Shown one piece after another: positions 27,651 through 40,700 of a stretch of DNA of 64,000 nucleotides (position 1 is the first letter of the stretch; the number at the start of each line of letters is the position of its first letter). Origin of the DNA: Phoronis australis (Eukaryota > Animalia > Phoronida); contig NMRA01000075.1 in assembly GCA_002633005.1 (NCBI GenBank), forward strand, positions 1,039,872 through 1,103,871, read 5' to 3'. Under the pieces are notes generated by a model. It had not been told where the DNA came from, searched no databases, and saw only the letters and a program-made list of their open reading frames with translations. Position numbers and translations under genes: made by a program.

Positions 27651-28961
27651 TTTTTACTCTGCGCGAGTAAGCGCAGAGTACTGTTGTTCCTGGGTTTTCT
27701 TCAATTTTATTCTTATTACTCTGCGCGTGTAAGCGCAGAATACTGTTGTTCCTGGGCTTTCTTCAATTTTATTCTTCTTATTCTTATTCTTCTTCCGACC
27801 AACTTTGAGGCTTAATAACTCCAAATTGGGTGCAGGTACGGTCTTTAAATTCAGCATATGACTTTTGACAGTATATAAATTTTGATTGGTTGTATAATCA
27901 TATTCCATATTGCACCGGAAGAGGTCATTTGGTGCAAAGGTCATATAATTTTCAAAATGCTACTACTCCTTCAGTTTTAAAGCTATCTTTTTTCAAATTT
28001 GGTGCACAGGTATAAGTCAACATGACAATTTCAAAAGTTAATTTTCTAAGTAATCGGGTCATCCAATCAGGTGAAATAGGTCAAAGGTCATTAGGTTCAA
28101 ACTAAAATTTTGAGCTAGACACTTTAAATTGACAGGCCTGATTGCCACAGGTAAACCAAATCGGAATCCAAAGTTTCAGGTCATTTAGTGCAAACATGGG
28201 GTCATTAGGTGCATTTTTCTTCTGAAAATTTGACCTTTTCAATCAGCAAGTATTCTGATGTGTCAACCGTTAGACAACTGTGATTCTCAGCGTTAAACAC
28301 ATTTTCCATGGGCTTTGCAATAATTCTCCTAAAGATGCTTAAAATGCACCGGATAAGGTCAATTAGTGCAAAGGTCATGTAACGTTCATAATGTTATATC
28401 TCTTACGTTTTTCAAGGAATTCTTTTCAATTTCAGCACACTGGTGTAAGACAACATGCCAATGAAATACCCTACTTTACTTCGCAATAGGCCTAACCAAT
28501 CAGAAAAAATAGGTCAAAGGTCATTGAGTGCAAACTAAAATTTTGAGCTAGAGACTTCAGAATTACGTATCTGTTAAATAAGTGCGATTGAGTATGAATT
28601 CTAAATTTTCAGGTCATTTGGTGCACCCATGGGGTCATTAGGTGCAATTTTCTTCTGAAAGTTTGACCACTTCATTCATCTTGTATTCTGAAGTGCTTAA
28701 AGTAAAACATCTGTGGTTATTAGCATTAACCACACTCTTAATCGAGTTAACAATTACTCTCTCATCGGGGCTCATAATGCACCGGAAGAGGTCAATTAGT
28801 GGAAAGGTCACCAAAAAAATAATATGTAATTTCTCCTACAATTTTAAAGAATTCCTTTTCATATTGGTAAACGGGTTGCTGTCAGTAACTTCCCATAATA
28901 ATTCCAGTAATACGCACGCGCAGAGTCCGTTATTGTCACGCCGTGACAATAATCTTTCTAG
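27651..28961 (+). mobile_element. Helentron-associated non-autonomous element (HINE/DINE-1-like) with ~433-bp core repeats
   Basis: T-run, then subTIR ACTCTGCGCG with adjacent IR CGCAGAGT (5' module duplicated); (TTCTTA)n; core repeats starting 27911, 28345 and 28778; 3' subTIR CGCGCAGAGT, hairpin TTATTGTCACG/CGTGACAATAA and CTAG-TT end. Confidence 0.82.
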
Positions 28962-31620
28962 TTTACATCTACAATGCCACTAGAGACCAAAGACGAACCT
29001 ATTCTCCAGCATCAAGTCAAAGACCTTATTTAAGTAACCAAATATATTTTTAAGATATTGAATGCGTTTTATTGACTACACTTTGCTATGGATCAATGTG
29101 CCCCATGCCTTGATCAAAGCGCCCCCTAGTTGGGGATACTTTGAGCCATCTGCATGGCTGACTAACATAAAATACCAAAAAAAAACATCTCGCACTGTTT
29201 CATTTGTCTTTGTTTTTATTGTATACAATAAGGATACATTGTCGTTCATTATCTTGGTTTAGTTTCTGGAATTAGTTTCTTTATTTAGACCAATAATTTG
29301 GAAACTGGCTCATAGTGCCCCACTCCGGCTCTTCTTACGTTTAGGCTGTAGGTACTTGAACGGTTTTTAGTAAGCATCGTTATTTACGCACTTACGTTTC
29401 TTTATGTCAGTTGGAAATTGTTGGCGTTGTCATTGGGTTTGTAAGGAAAGTTATGTAAATAAAATGTATGTCACATTATAAAGAACCTCGCTTTTGGCTG
29501 TAAAGCACCGGGGAGTTCCTTATATTGCTGATTTCCGGTTTAGCGTCCACTGCCTGTAAAGTGCAACGGATTCATTAGGTAATAACTGATCGCCCGTGGC
29601 TCTAGAGTGATTCCCAAGTGAGTGTTAGATACATCATGAGAAAAGCTCACCTGGTCTCCAGCTACATGAGAAAAGCCCTCATACTCAGGTTTTGTTTATA
29701 ACCTAGAAAGTATCAACTTACCAACCCCCTGTTGTCACTAGTAGTAGAAATAGTAAACATTGGAACTTGACACCTAGCCACAAGCCGTTAGCTGCCAGGC
29801 NTTGAAAAACCTCCTTTTTGGAGAAACATCGGATTTTAGGGTTAGAGTGCCGTAGAAATTCAGAAGGCTGGTTATTTTTTTCCACGAAGTCGCACTCTTT
29901 TAATGGTATTAAATGAGATACTTTTTGTTTGTTAGTCGTCTTCAGGACATTATTAATGACAATTGACACAGAGAATGTGTGAGACATTATTAACCCAAAT
30001 AAGCCAATCCGGTTTTTGTTTATTCATTATTTATAGCTTTTATTTGAATGTGTAAGCTAAATACTTGTTCATTGAACTCAATAAAAGTAAAATAATACTT
30101 GTTATGAACAATAAGGATAAAAAACACCCCCTCAACAGGCTTCCTGTACATTTCAAGTAATTCAAGTTGAGAAAAACGTTATATGCATCCCAAAATATGA
30201 CTGAAGCTATGCAAGGTGACCTGACAGCTTAGGAATGCACTAGTGTCACAATTTTATAAATTGTTCTTTTTTCATGGTTGAATGTGAGGTCTGTCATTAG
30301 GTAACTATAAAAGTGTGGATCTCAAAAATGATAACAAATATTCACTTATTTGCAACTTTTTAGTGGTTTTCTTGCTCCCAGAATTTGTTTTGGTTATATG
30401 TTCAGGCATACTTCCCCCCCCCCGTACTTGTTTAACAATATTGAAGTAAACAAGTCAGTTACACAGTGGTCATACACAGACCAAGGGTCATGATCCATAT
30501 GGCTGTAACTGTGTATTCCATGCTTCAACATCATAGTTCCTGGAATTCCATGTACAGTAGTCTGTACCCTGCATGTTTATTTTATTTGACCTGCATCCAC
30601 TTCAAACATGCACTGAGACTGTTTCATACATGACAGTGGAGACATAAGAGGAGAAATAGATCGGAGACTTCAGTCACAAGACAGCACCAAAATACCCCCA
30701 AAATATTGAAATTACTACTATGTACTACCAGTACCCAATGCTCTTCAATTAACTATTAGTAACATTTACACATGCAATCACTAATTGGTTATTCATTTTA
30801 TGTTATGTCAGTGCCTGTTTCATTGGATTTTGGCACCCAGGATTCTTTATACCTTCTTGGTATTAAACGGATTAAAGACAAGAAAGAGTTTCAAATATGC
30901 CAAAAATGCGCGCGCCCAGCTTAAAATATGGTGGGCTCTAATTTTTGGTGTGCGGACCTTTTACTGAAAAAAATCAACGAAGACTAAGAAAAAAACGTGG
31001 CCAATAGGTTCAGGCCTACCGCTTCGGTTGAATTTGGTAGAGCCCGCCGAAATGTCGCATCTGTACGACGCTAGGAAAAGTGACCGAACTCCCGAAACCA
31101 CGAGGTGGCCCACTATTTATAGAGGTTGTCACATGACAAACCGGGCCAATGACAAGTCACCAAGTCAAAGTTCCTGGGCTTGATGGTTCCTGACCAAAAA
31201 AGGCATGGTCAAATTATACTAAAGCACTAGTACCGACGATAACCAACAGGTGTCATGCTAATACAGAGACTGAGATGAGATCATTCCTGTTACAGAATAT
31301 TGCGCGCGCACAGCTTTCAGTTCTTCCGGTGATGGTGTGCGAAAAACCTATGAGCTAAATTTCCCAAGACGCGTGTCCCTTTCGCGTCGTGGACGGCGTT
31401 CAGCCAGCCGAGTATGCAACACGTATTGCATACTGTTTCTCTAATGGCAAGTGAAGTTGCAGAGATCACTGAATTATTCGCTAACTGACAATGTGCGAAA
31501 CTGAACACCGACTCGACTCTTGCCGTGGCTATGCAAGGTCAAGGTGAAAGAAAACGACAGACTGAGACTAACTGTCTAAATTAGTAAAGGTCTTAACAGT
31601 TCCATAGGCTTTAAATCATA

Positions 31621-31708
31621 ATGGGAGTCCAAGGTTTTTGGCAGCTGATAGATTCTGTGGGAAGACCAGTCACGCTGGAGTCTTTGGAAGGAAAGGTTTT
31701 AGCTATTG
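31621..31708 (+). CDS. ERCC5: ERCC5 exon 1 (coding part)
   Basis: ATG GGA GTC CAA GGT TTT TGG = [29 protein letters not shown]; 88 nt; followed by U12 donor GTATCCTTT. Confidence 0.95.
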
Positions 31709-34700
31709 GTATCCTTTTTTTCTGTGTTACTTGCAAATCTGCTATGACTTCTTGTATTCGCAATTTAAAAGTGGATACGTTAATTTTTGTGCAAAAACAT
31801 GAATGTTGTTGAACAATTCATTGCTAAAATTATTGTGGTGGTCCAGCGTGTGTTCGCTGTGTGCAGATGATCACTGTATACTAGGTATGGGAATGCTCAA
31901 TGGAAATATTTTTTTGGTTGATTAAGTGAACAATGTATGAGAAAGTGGCGTCACATCCATCCGTTATCGTCTTAAAATGGTATGAGCTTGAATAAATACT
32001 CCTGCAGTCAATATTATCTCCATTTCAGTGTCATAAATATGCTAATTATGTATGTCAGCTGAAAAAAACATGTTGTGATATTGGCATAAGAAAATGTAGT
32101 TGGCAGTGGAAGTTTTTTAACATGTGGCTAAGAGACCATTTGCAATATTGCCATTTTCTCAAACATGCAAATCGTATACTTAGTGGGTAAGGGCCTTGTT
32201 GCTAGCGCATGATTTGTCATGAAAATGGAATGTCCACATTTACTTTTTGCATCATTAAAACTTGACGGAACAGAAATATTGCCGTGATCCCACTAAGCCT
32301 TCCTGATGACATATCGACCAGTTGTTTCCTACTTTTTCTTTTATGTAAGAGCTCCAATCGAAGGTGTCATCCATTTCCAGTTGTGACATGGACTTGGCAG
32401 GGGCTTGTGTCAGTTGTCTTTAAGAGTCATGGTTCAGTTGTCTTAAGAGTCTGGGCCAGTTGTCTTTAGAGTCAGGGCCCGTTGTCTTCAGAGCCAGGGC
32501 CAGTTCACAAAAATCCATCTAACGCCCAGCAATATTTCATAAGTGGACATTGCTATGTCAGTGTTAGCAGTGACACCTGCTCAGGACTCGTTAAAAAGGC
32601 ACGACATTCCTGGTCGTGAAACAAATGTCGCACTCTGGGTAGGGGCATCATCGCAATCTCATTGCAAGTGGGTTCACAAGTGCAGTCGTCAAATGAAAAA
32701 TTCATCAAAAAATCTAAATTAATTTTTTTCGTAGTACAACATAAGTTGTAATTTATTGTTTGATTCGTTTAAAAAAAACATGAATTCTAAACAAAATCGT
32801 CCATTTGTCAAGATGCGGAGGGCAATGCATATAGGGAGTGTGTGCACTCCAGTCGGTAATGCAAGTGATCTAATAAACGATTGGCTGTCCAAATGCCGGA
32901 ATTACTGCTCTTGAAAACGCCGCTGCCAAAGTAAAGGGCTATGAAGAATGTGGCAGTTTTTTACAAGGAGTAATCACAGATATTATATCAGCCAATGAAA
33001 CTCCATATAAGGCATTGATACAAGCTCAATTTTGATTGACTGATGACGTGAGAAATGCACAAAAAACATCCAATAGTATTCGTCAAAGAGAGAAATGCAA
33101 CAACCAATACAATTGGAATAAGGCACTGATTACAAACCCACCACAGCATTTTGAAAATGATTGGAAAAAGGTTTTTCATAGTCTCAGTGATGGTATGGAA
33201 TAAGTAAAATCATCTTACTCAGAGACTGAGTTACTGAGTAAGTTGATTTTACTTATTTAATTTTGAACGTGTTCGGGAACTTTTGTAATTCTCGTTGAGT
33301 TAATATTTTGTGATTACTGTTGCAGTGTAAACATTCTTATGTCCTTTCCAGCATTCTTTGTAGTTGCTATACTCTCAGTCTCTAACGGTTTGTTTCTTGC
33401 AATTTTGTCTCGGTTTCCTGACCTTTCATTCTTCCTTGACTCTGCTGTAAGATGTGAGTATATGGTTGAACCAGGCATTGAAGGGTTACAGAGACGGTGA
33501 TGGCAAGGGTGTCTCTAACGCACACCTCATGCTTTTGGTAACCAGGATCTGCAAGCTGCTCTTTTACCGCATCAAGCCTATTTTTGTGTTTGATGGTGCT
33601 GCCCCTATACTGAAGAAACAAACTCTGGTAATTGTTTTTTTTAGATTACATACAAAAACGTAGTTATGAATGTGTACTCTTCAGCGGCAACTGTTGTGTT
33701 GAAATCCTTGTAGTTGCTTGACTCTGCAACAGCAAAACGTGATGAACTGAGTAAATGCATTGACAAATTCCGTGGAAAACAAAAGCATGTTGAAAGCAAA
33801 ACACATATAAGCTCCTTTATAAAGCTATGTCTGGTGATCCAGTCTCGGCAAAGAAATCCTAGAATGCATAGACCGTTTGCCCAGTTTTGCTGAGAACATC
33901 AATTTTTGAGTGTAACTTACAAACTAAGTGCTCAGTGTGTGGACTGATATGCAGAATATTGTTCGTTTGTGTTTTTTGTCTTGTTCAGAGACAACAACGT
34001 GAAGATACTCCTAATTTATCCTATTTTGTCATGAGTTCATATTTTCTCCTATTTTTTACTGAAAATTTCCTAATTTCCTATTTTTTCAAGGCCTTATATT
34101 ACTTGATACCCTAAAAGGTGAAGACAGTCACTTTGAGGATGTTTTACGAGACTCAAGTATCCATGTAAGGTAGACTAGTGCGTAGGTGGTGAATTACCTA
34201 TGTCTTTGACACCTCACACCTGTATCAAATTGCCCTACCTGGAAGAGGTGGTGTAAGGAGTCACTCGTTTGACACCTGGTACTACCTCGTGTATCTTCAG
34301 CTGTTATCTTACAAAATAAAAATTTTTAATGTGGGAAAATAATCCTAATCAATCATAATGACTAGCAGTTTGTCAGTGTATCAGTTGAAGGATTGAAAAT
34401 AACCCTGGCTTGTTGGATTTGAAAACGAAGGGGGTCTATGCAACAGTATTCATGTGTAAGAGTTCTGCCTGAAGGAGGTCAACCACTGTGACCTTACGTA
34501 CTGGTATTGGCTAAGCTTCATGCCTCCTCAGCTATTACCAAATTTTCAGTTGTCCTATCTGGTACATTATTCTTGCCTCTGTTTTCTTTGCATCAGAAAC
34601 ACCACCTTGGTGGAAAAGTTGTACTAACGGTGGTGCCCAGAACAGGTGTGGATTGTATTTACTTTACTGAAAATGATGACCAGACCTGGTGTAGAATGTG

Positions 34701-37700
34701 TTTGAGTAACTACTTTTGTGGCACTGAACATGTTCCCAGCATTCTTTTGTTTGTGGTAGGCTGCTAGACAAGAACGGAAAGAAGATGCATCGCAGAAGTC
34801 GGGCAAAACGAGGCAAAAGATTCTGACAAACTTTTTGAAGAACAAGGCCATTGGGGCTGCATTAGGCAGGGACAGTGAAGCTGGTATCTCAACTAACACA
34901 CTACAGTCACCCACAGATGCTAGTATCTCAAGTAACACATCACAGATATCAAGAGACATCTTTGATCTACCACCTATTCCTGAAAAACAACTAGATGAGT
35001 GAGTCAACAGTAGAGTATCTTATTACTTGGCGAAATAAATTTCGCCAAGTATGTTGCTCTTCCACTAAGTTTGTTTTTTACTTGGCGGAATTCTTCCGCC
35101 AAGTATGTTGCTTTGACAGCAAGTTTTTACTTGGCGGAATTCTTCCGCCAAGTATGTTGCTCTGACAGCAAGTTTTTTTTTTTTTTTTTTTTTTTTTTTT
35201 NNNNNNNNNNNNNNNNNNNNNNNNNNNNNNNNNNNNNNNNNNNNNNNNNNNNNNNNNNNNNNNNNNNNNNNNNNNNNNNNNNNNNNNNNNNNNNNNNNNN
35301 NNNNNNNNNNNNNNNNNNNNNNNNNNNNNNNNNNNNNNNNNNNNNNNNNNNNNNNNNNNNNNNNNNNNNNNNNNNNNNNNNNNNNNNNNNNNNNNNNNNN
35401 NNNNNNNNNNNNNNNNNNNNNNNNNNNNNNNNNNNNNNNNNNNNNNNNNNNNNNNNNNNNNNNNNNNNNNNNNNNNNNNNNNNNNNNNNNNNNNNNNNNN
35501 NNNNNNNNNNNNNNNNNNNNNNNNNNNNNNNNNNNNNNNNNNNNNNNNNNNNNNNNNNNNNNNNNNNTCATCATCTCCGTCGTTGTCTTTTCCGTTAATT
35601 TCGCCAAGTGTCGCTCAAGACTGTAGCCTTTTTCTTACTGATTTCAGACTTCTACGTTCGTCATGTGTATGTTATTATTACTTCTTTTGTTCATCCTCGC
35701 CACCATCGTCGTCATATTCGTCATCTTCGTCATCATCTTTATCGTCATCTTTTTAGTTAATTTCGCCAAGTTTCGCTCCTCAGAGCGCTTTCATTGCTTT
35801 GTTACTCTCTGTAATGTTGTAAAACATTTTGTGCCTTACATGTTACACATTTTTGCAATATGCTTTATGTATGCTGCACTACAGGATTATCCACAGGCTG
35901 TTCTATAACAGAACCCTCCAGACTCTTCTTATTTAAACTGTTGATTGTGCGCCTTCTTTAAATTCTAGAACCATCTGAATGCCCTCTTAAAATTTGTTTG
36001 AGTGCATGCTTTTCAGGACTTAAAATTTGGTTTAGACTATCATTGTATGGAACAGAAGCTGCTTTTGGTGTCTGCAGTAACCAGATTTCCTTTCAAATTA
36101 ATGGATTTTGACAGAACCACGCACTCTATAAAACCGGAAGCTATGTTCAGTCTTCTCTTCTAAAAGATAAAAAACACCACAGGATTGTAAATTAACAAAT
36201 TGAACACAAAGAGTTTAGTTACAGTCTGAATATTAGGTGATCTATTTCATTTGGAATTGACTGAGGTTGTAGAAAATGTTTAATAAATCCCAAGTTTCAA
36301 GAAGTGCAATGATTGAAAATCTTTCTCAGGCAATGGACTAGCTCCACTGTCATTTCACTTGTCAAATGTATCAGTTTTGTCTGGTAAAAGAGGTCAAAGG
36401 TCCAGAATCAATCAGAACTCTTGTATAGAAAGGGAAAGGTGAATGAAACTCTGAAGGAGCAATTTTAACTGATATAAAAATGGGCGTTTTGTATTGTTGG
36501 TTTGATAATGGGAGTTAAAGAATGTTCTTTACTGTACAGTGCCAAGATCACTGGCAAACTATTGTATCAAAACAAATCCTATTTTTACTATGCAGACTTT
36601 TCTCACTCTTGCAATGACTTATTTCAACAAAAAGATTTTGTAAAAGTAATGCAGGAAACAAGCTCTAAATTTTGCAAAAGTAACAGGGAGACGATCCCTT
36701 TGATAGCCTTTGCTATTTAGCGCATGAGCGCCATGGTCTAGCATGTTGGCACCGTATTTTAAATGTAAGATGTGGAGAATCCTGCTCTAATGTGTATGTT
36801 ACTCTGTATACCTTTAAGTGTACCGTCTTTCACTCGTTTTTATTTTAATTTGTTCTTTCATATCAATTTTGTAGTTTTCAGCCAAAAATGAAGTAAAATT
36901 CTTTGAGACTTAAAAGGGCTTAAATATAATATCAAGTACTAAGATTTTTAAATACTTCTTCACTCAACAAAAATTGCAAATGTGTCTCTGACTTTCATCA
37001 TGTAAGTTTTGGCCTTCTACTGCTCTTTTTCCTAGAACCCTTTCTAAAGCCAAATTGGAGTCACATCCCGTTCCACGTTTTCAGGGTGCAGACAGAAATG
37101 GACAGGGATTTGTGGGAAGATAGACTGTCCTACCAGCAGACTGTTAGCTCCATCTATCATGATGTTAGTGAAGTAGACCCTGATTCTGAGGACTTCCAGT
37201 CATTGCCAGCAGAAATTCAGCATGAGATACTCAGTGATATGAAGGAGGCTGAAAAGACTACATCATGGGCTCGGTTGGATGAAATGCCTGAGGTATTGTT
37301 GGTTTATCTTTGTACAATTGGCTACCTGAGAGAAACTTGCCTTTGTTCCTGCTATAAACGTTGTACGTGCTGTAAAGCAACAATGTTAGCAATTTGGAAG
37401 ATGTGTTATAGAAAGCTATGCTATTCATGTTGTACCGTAATCGTTCGGGTTAACGCCCATGCTCAGTTAACCGCCCACCCCCTACTTTAGGTGGATTTTC
37501 GATTTAACCGCCCACTGCTCAGTTAAGCGCCCCCCTACGATTTTTGAAGATTTCCAGTTAAGCGCCCACCTCTCGGTTAAGCGCCCATCCCGTACTTTTA
37601 AAGAATGAAGATTTAGCGCCCAGTGCTAAGGAAACGGTGATTCCCCGACTTTTACAAAAAGATCGATGATCACAATGAGCGTAACAACGCCGGGCCTTCA

Positions 37701-40700
37701 AGACGGTGGTTTAGCAATGTGAATTACAATACAAGTAAGGAGTTCTTGTCTTGGGTCATGGACTCACTTCAAAATATAATACTTTAACGTTTTTGTCACT
37801 TTATTTTCTTCCCATGTTTACAAAGTTTAAGAACGGCGCCGGCGTCAAAACCTCCGCTTTCAGCGACTTTGTCTGCCGCACTGAGTTTCGGTCTGCAGTG
37901 CACTAGATAAAATATATATTCGAAAAAATCAGGCCAGACAAATGTGACAATGGTTTTGCCAACCCTCCAAATTCTCTTAAGGTGGGAAGCTCTCGTATTT
38001 TGAAGAAATCTCACAACTCACGGAAAGATTTCAAATTCTCATTTTGATGAATGTAACTGCCGGGTTGTAGAGGACGTGTGGCGACCGAAGGGACAGTACA
38101 AGTGCCTTACTGGGTTACCGATTTCGTTGCTGCCTATCGATTTCTGAATTCAAAGGTTGGCAATAATGTTTGTTTGTGTATGATCTTGAAGTAATAAAAA
38201 ACAGCTAGTCAAATTTTGTTTTTTGCTTATTGCATCTCAGTCAAACTGGCGTTACCAGATTTAACTATTGTCGCTGGCTGTTCTTTATTTTTTCTTGCGT
38301 CAGCCCCCACGTATAAGCGTGACTGTGAAATATCGTTTCCACATCCCCTTTTTGCCATCCAGAATAATTTTGTTTATACATTGGCCAGTTTCTTACCATT
38401 CGAGTCTGAAATATCTACGACGTAGACTGACTGAAAATTGGCGATAGTGGGTAGGAGATGCACACAGCTAGCTACGGGCATGGGCTTAGGGAGCATCGAG
38501 CGGGAAATATCGGAATAGACTTGACATCGCAGTTTTGGGGAACATTGGCAACGGAGGAATATCGTAAAGAACTGGGTCTTTCGTAACAACAGCTTAAAAG
38601 TACATAGTCACGCCCGTTTTTGTTACTTAGGGCTATTCTCTTTTGATGTGTGACTTTGTAGTCATTTTGGTGCACGTGCGCAAGTTCCCACACTTTGCAG
38701 TGCATGTTACCTTGACATCAACATGTGATTGACAGGTGCTCACTCGTAGGCCCTACGTGCGTGCTGATTCCCGCCGCTATCTTTGGCCATAAAAAACGAG
38801 ATGCATATTGGAAGAGGCCGTTTTATTACTTGACGGCATTTCCAAGTCACGACTGTCAGCCGACTGAGACATTGCTTGCTAACAGCGAGACCGAACAGTG
38901 CCGCAGTGCGATAGGCCTATTGCAAGTGATATAAATAGGATAATCTGGACATCTTGCATGAAAAATAAATGTTTTTCCACCACGAAGTTTGGTAAGGCGA
39001 TTGTTTAAGAATGAATTGAAACATCGCTGTTTTGTGGCGTTTTATCACATATTTATGTCGTGGCTCGAAATTTTATTCTTGATTGACGAGTAGCTCACGG
39101 CCGCTTAACACCGATTCTTGTCTTAGGCCTAATTCTTTGCCGAGCATGTTTGGCGCAACGGCAAGTGAGCAATGCCGGGCGGTCGAGATAAAACAGCTAG
39201 CCGCAGAACCATACGCTGAAAATGTCATTGAGTCACAGAGTGTCGACTATAAACATCCTAAACACAAAAAACATCTGAATTAAGTTTTTCAAACTTTTAT
39301 TACAACTCATTTTAAAACTGCTCTCAGACTATGAACTTGGCAGCTCAGTACGAGACTGCAACCATAAATTTGATGTCTGCTGTGACCTCTGCAACACGTG
39401 AAGCTTGCACGCGCGCACTTTAACAAGGTCACATCTTAAAATAGTTGCAATCCAAGTAGAGGCTGCGTGGTCACTGGTCGTCTGCGCTCTAGAGGGCAAA
39501 GTAACAAGACCGCAGGACGCCACGGGGCTATTACTCAGTAATTCTGTAAATTTAACAGCGAATAACTAATCTGAGGGCAAGAGAATCTTTGTTGGGATCA
39601 TCTGCTGTTATGACATTTTTCTCGTCATGTGGCGACGTGACGATAACGCTCTTTGAAAAGTACTACGCGTTCCGAGTACGAGGTAAGATTAACCGCCCAG
39701 GGCGGTTGCCTGTCGTAATAAGCGCCCATGTTCGGTTAACCGCCCATCCTGGATTTCTTGAAATTTCACGTTTAAGCGCCCATGTCTGGTTAACCGCCCA
39801 CCCCCGATTTTTTGGGTTTGCCAATTTAACCGCCCAGGGCGTTAACCCGAACGATTACGGTACCTACTACAAGATTCACTTTTCCAGCTGAGTTCTACTT
39901 TCTTTTATATGACATATACCTCGCATCTGTTGTCGTGTGTTCAAGTATCCAATGTGTGAATTTGTCATCGAACGTTCCGCAGGACTGCCTCTACATCTTG
40001 CTGTGTTTAAGCTAAAAAGTTGGTGACTTCAAGTGGATTTTTACCGGTCATCACATTTCTTCGAATATTTTAAGCCCTATAACTATGTATTATATAATTT
40101 GTTGTTGAACACAAGCTAATTGTGTACACAAAAAATGGTGCAACAATTGTATTAAGCAGCAGTGTTTTATTCTTAAAATTGTGATTTTTACAGAGATTGG
40201 TTTCTACTTTCACATAGGTGAACATTCCTGTTAAATATGTACAAAATCTCTTATTTTCAAATAAGTGTGTCTGTGATTGTCTTTGAAGGTGTTTCAGCCC
40301 GACATTTCAAGTGTTAATATCGAACACTTCTGATTTTAGACAACTATTTTTACCTAGTAAGAAAGTGAATAAACAAGATTTCAGCCAACAATTATAATTA
40401 TGAGAATGTAGATGCACCTTACATTACTTTTCTTTTTTGCAGGACTCTGTGAACTTTTCTGATTTCCAAGTAAAACGGCTGCTTAAGAAGAGCAAGCTGT
40501 CTCAAAAAATTGAAAATGTACGCAAAGTGATGAACACACAAGCCTCTAGTGATTTGGTGTCTGAGGCTGCAGGCGGACTCACAGGTAGGGATGTGTGCAA
40601 TGATACCATGGCAAATTTTTAACATTTTGTTATATAAGTGAGTGACAGCACTTATGGTTTGATTTTGATTTCTTGAATCATATGTGATAGGAGATATTGA

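Noticed and set aside
34624-35007. 127-aa minus-strand ORF (and similar antisense ORFs at 8506-9272 and 41983-42606)
   Set aside because: Antisense shadows of real ERCC5 or GPCR exons.
35065-35607. ORFs of 175-180 aa
   Set aside because: Consist mostly of the N gap and poly-T.
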